DNA from: an uncultured Chloroflexia bacterium
Lineage (GTDB): Bacteria; Chloroflexota; Limnocylindria; QHBO01
Length of the DNA stretch: 64,000 nt
NCBI GenBank assembly: GCA_963814375.1
Contig: CAWFCQ010000008.1
Span: 64,001 to 128,000, forward strand
Direction of reading: 5' to 3'
Numbering within the stretch: the stretch's first letter is position 1; every line of letters begins with the position of its first letter. The translations under genes and the position numbers were made by a program. The notes under the pieces were generated by a model that was given only the letters and a program-made list of their open reading frames with translations, searched no databases and was not told the origin of the DNA. Below are positions 63,551-64,000 of the stretch, one piece after another.

Positions 63551-64000
63551 GCGTGCGCCGCCGGCTGAGCCTTGCGGCGCTTGGCGGCGGCGACCGAGGC
63601 CGCCACGATCTGGTCGACGCCGACCAGCACCGCGGACGTGGCCGGCCCGAGGGGGACGAACGAGTCCACCGCGCGCACCGAGCCGAGGCGTCGGCCGATG
63701 CGCTGCTCGGCCAGGTCCGCCACGATGGCGTCCGCCACGCCGCCGCCCGTGGCCCGGCACTCGTCCACGACCACGACCGTGCCGACCTCCGCTGCATGCG
63801 CTCGGATGGCCTCCGTCGGCAGCGGATTGAGCCAGCGCAGGTCGAGGACGCGCACCCGAAGGTCATGCTCATCGGCGAGCCGCTTGGCCGCCTGCAGGCT
63901 CAGCCGATAGCCGTTGGCGTAGCTGATCAGCAGCACGTCGGCGTCGCCGTCCGCGCCGGACTGGCCGACCTCGCCGGGCAGCAGGACGTCGGGCGGCGCT
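63547..64000 (-). CDS. 2-oxoacid dehydrogenase E1 beta/transketolase C-terminal domain (partial)
   Basis: ISYANG, VLDLRWLNPLP, VVDECR, DSFVPLG. Confidence 0.85.
   Translation of the reverse strand, partial: APPDVLLPGEVGQSGADGDADVLLISYANGYRLSLQAAKRLADEHDLRVRVLDLRWLNPLPTEAIRAHAAEVGTVVVVDECRATGGGVADAIVADLAEQRIGRRLGSVRAVDSFVPLGPATSAVLVGVDQIVAASVAAAKRRKAQPAAHA

Overview
High-GC bacterial DNA. Gene content suggests Chloroflexota or an actinobacteria-like lineage (inference only). 1-26 kb looks like core genome: ROK regulator, acyl-CoA dehydrogenase, CADD-like diiron enzyme, acetoacetate-CoA ligase, an 8-gene MoxR/DUF58/VWA/ABC operon, sensor kinase, queG, DUF1015 and tRNA-Glu(CTC). The 3' end of that tRNA recurs at 28.57 kb and 38.13 kb, marking stacked cassettes with no integrase in the window. 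The second cassette holds the most novel-looking module: four 11-bp-phased SARP-type boxes, then a small membrane/secreted protein with two identical 14-aa peptides, then a SARP regulator fused to a BMP ligand-binding domain, next to a giant LPDTA-ending repeat adhesin. 38-54 kb is accessory stress/redox/signalling cargo: ECF42-YCII, YaaA, flavin/F420 enzymes and a cyclase/cNMP-binding/transporter-HEAT cluster. The right end has solA, a second LPDTA Ig-repeat protein, tRNA-Arg(TCT) and metabolic genes. Many genes look leaderless. Scattered frameshifts probably reflect sequencing error. All calls are by eye; no searches were run.
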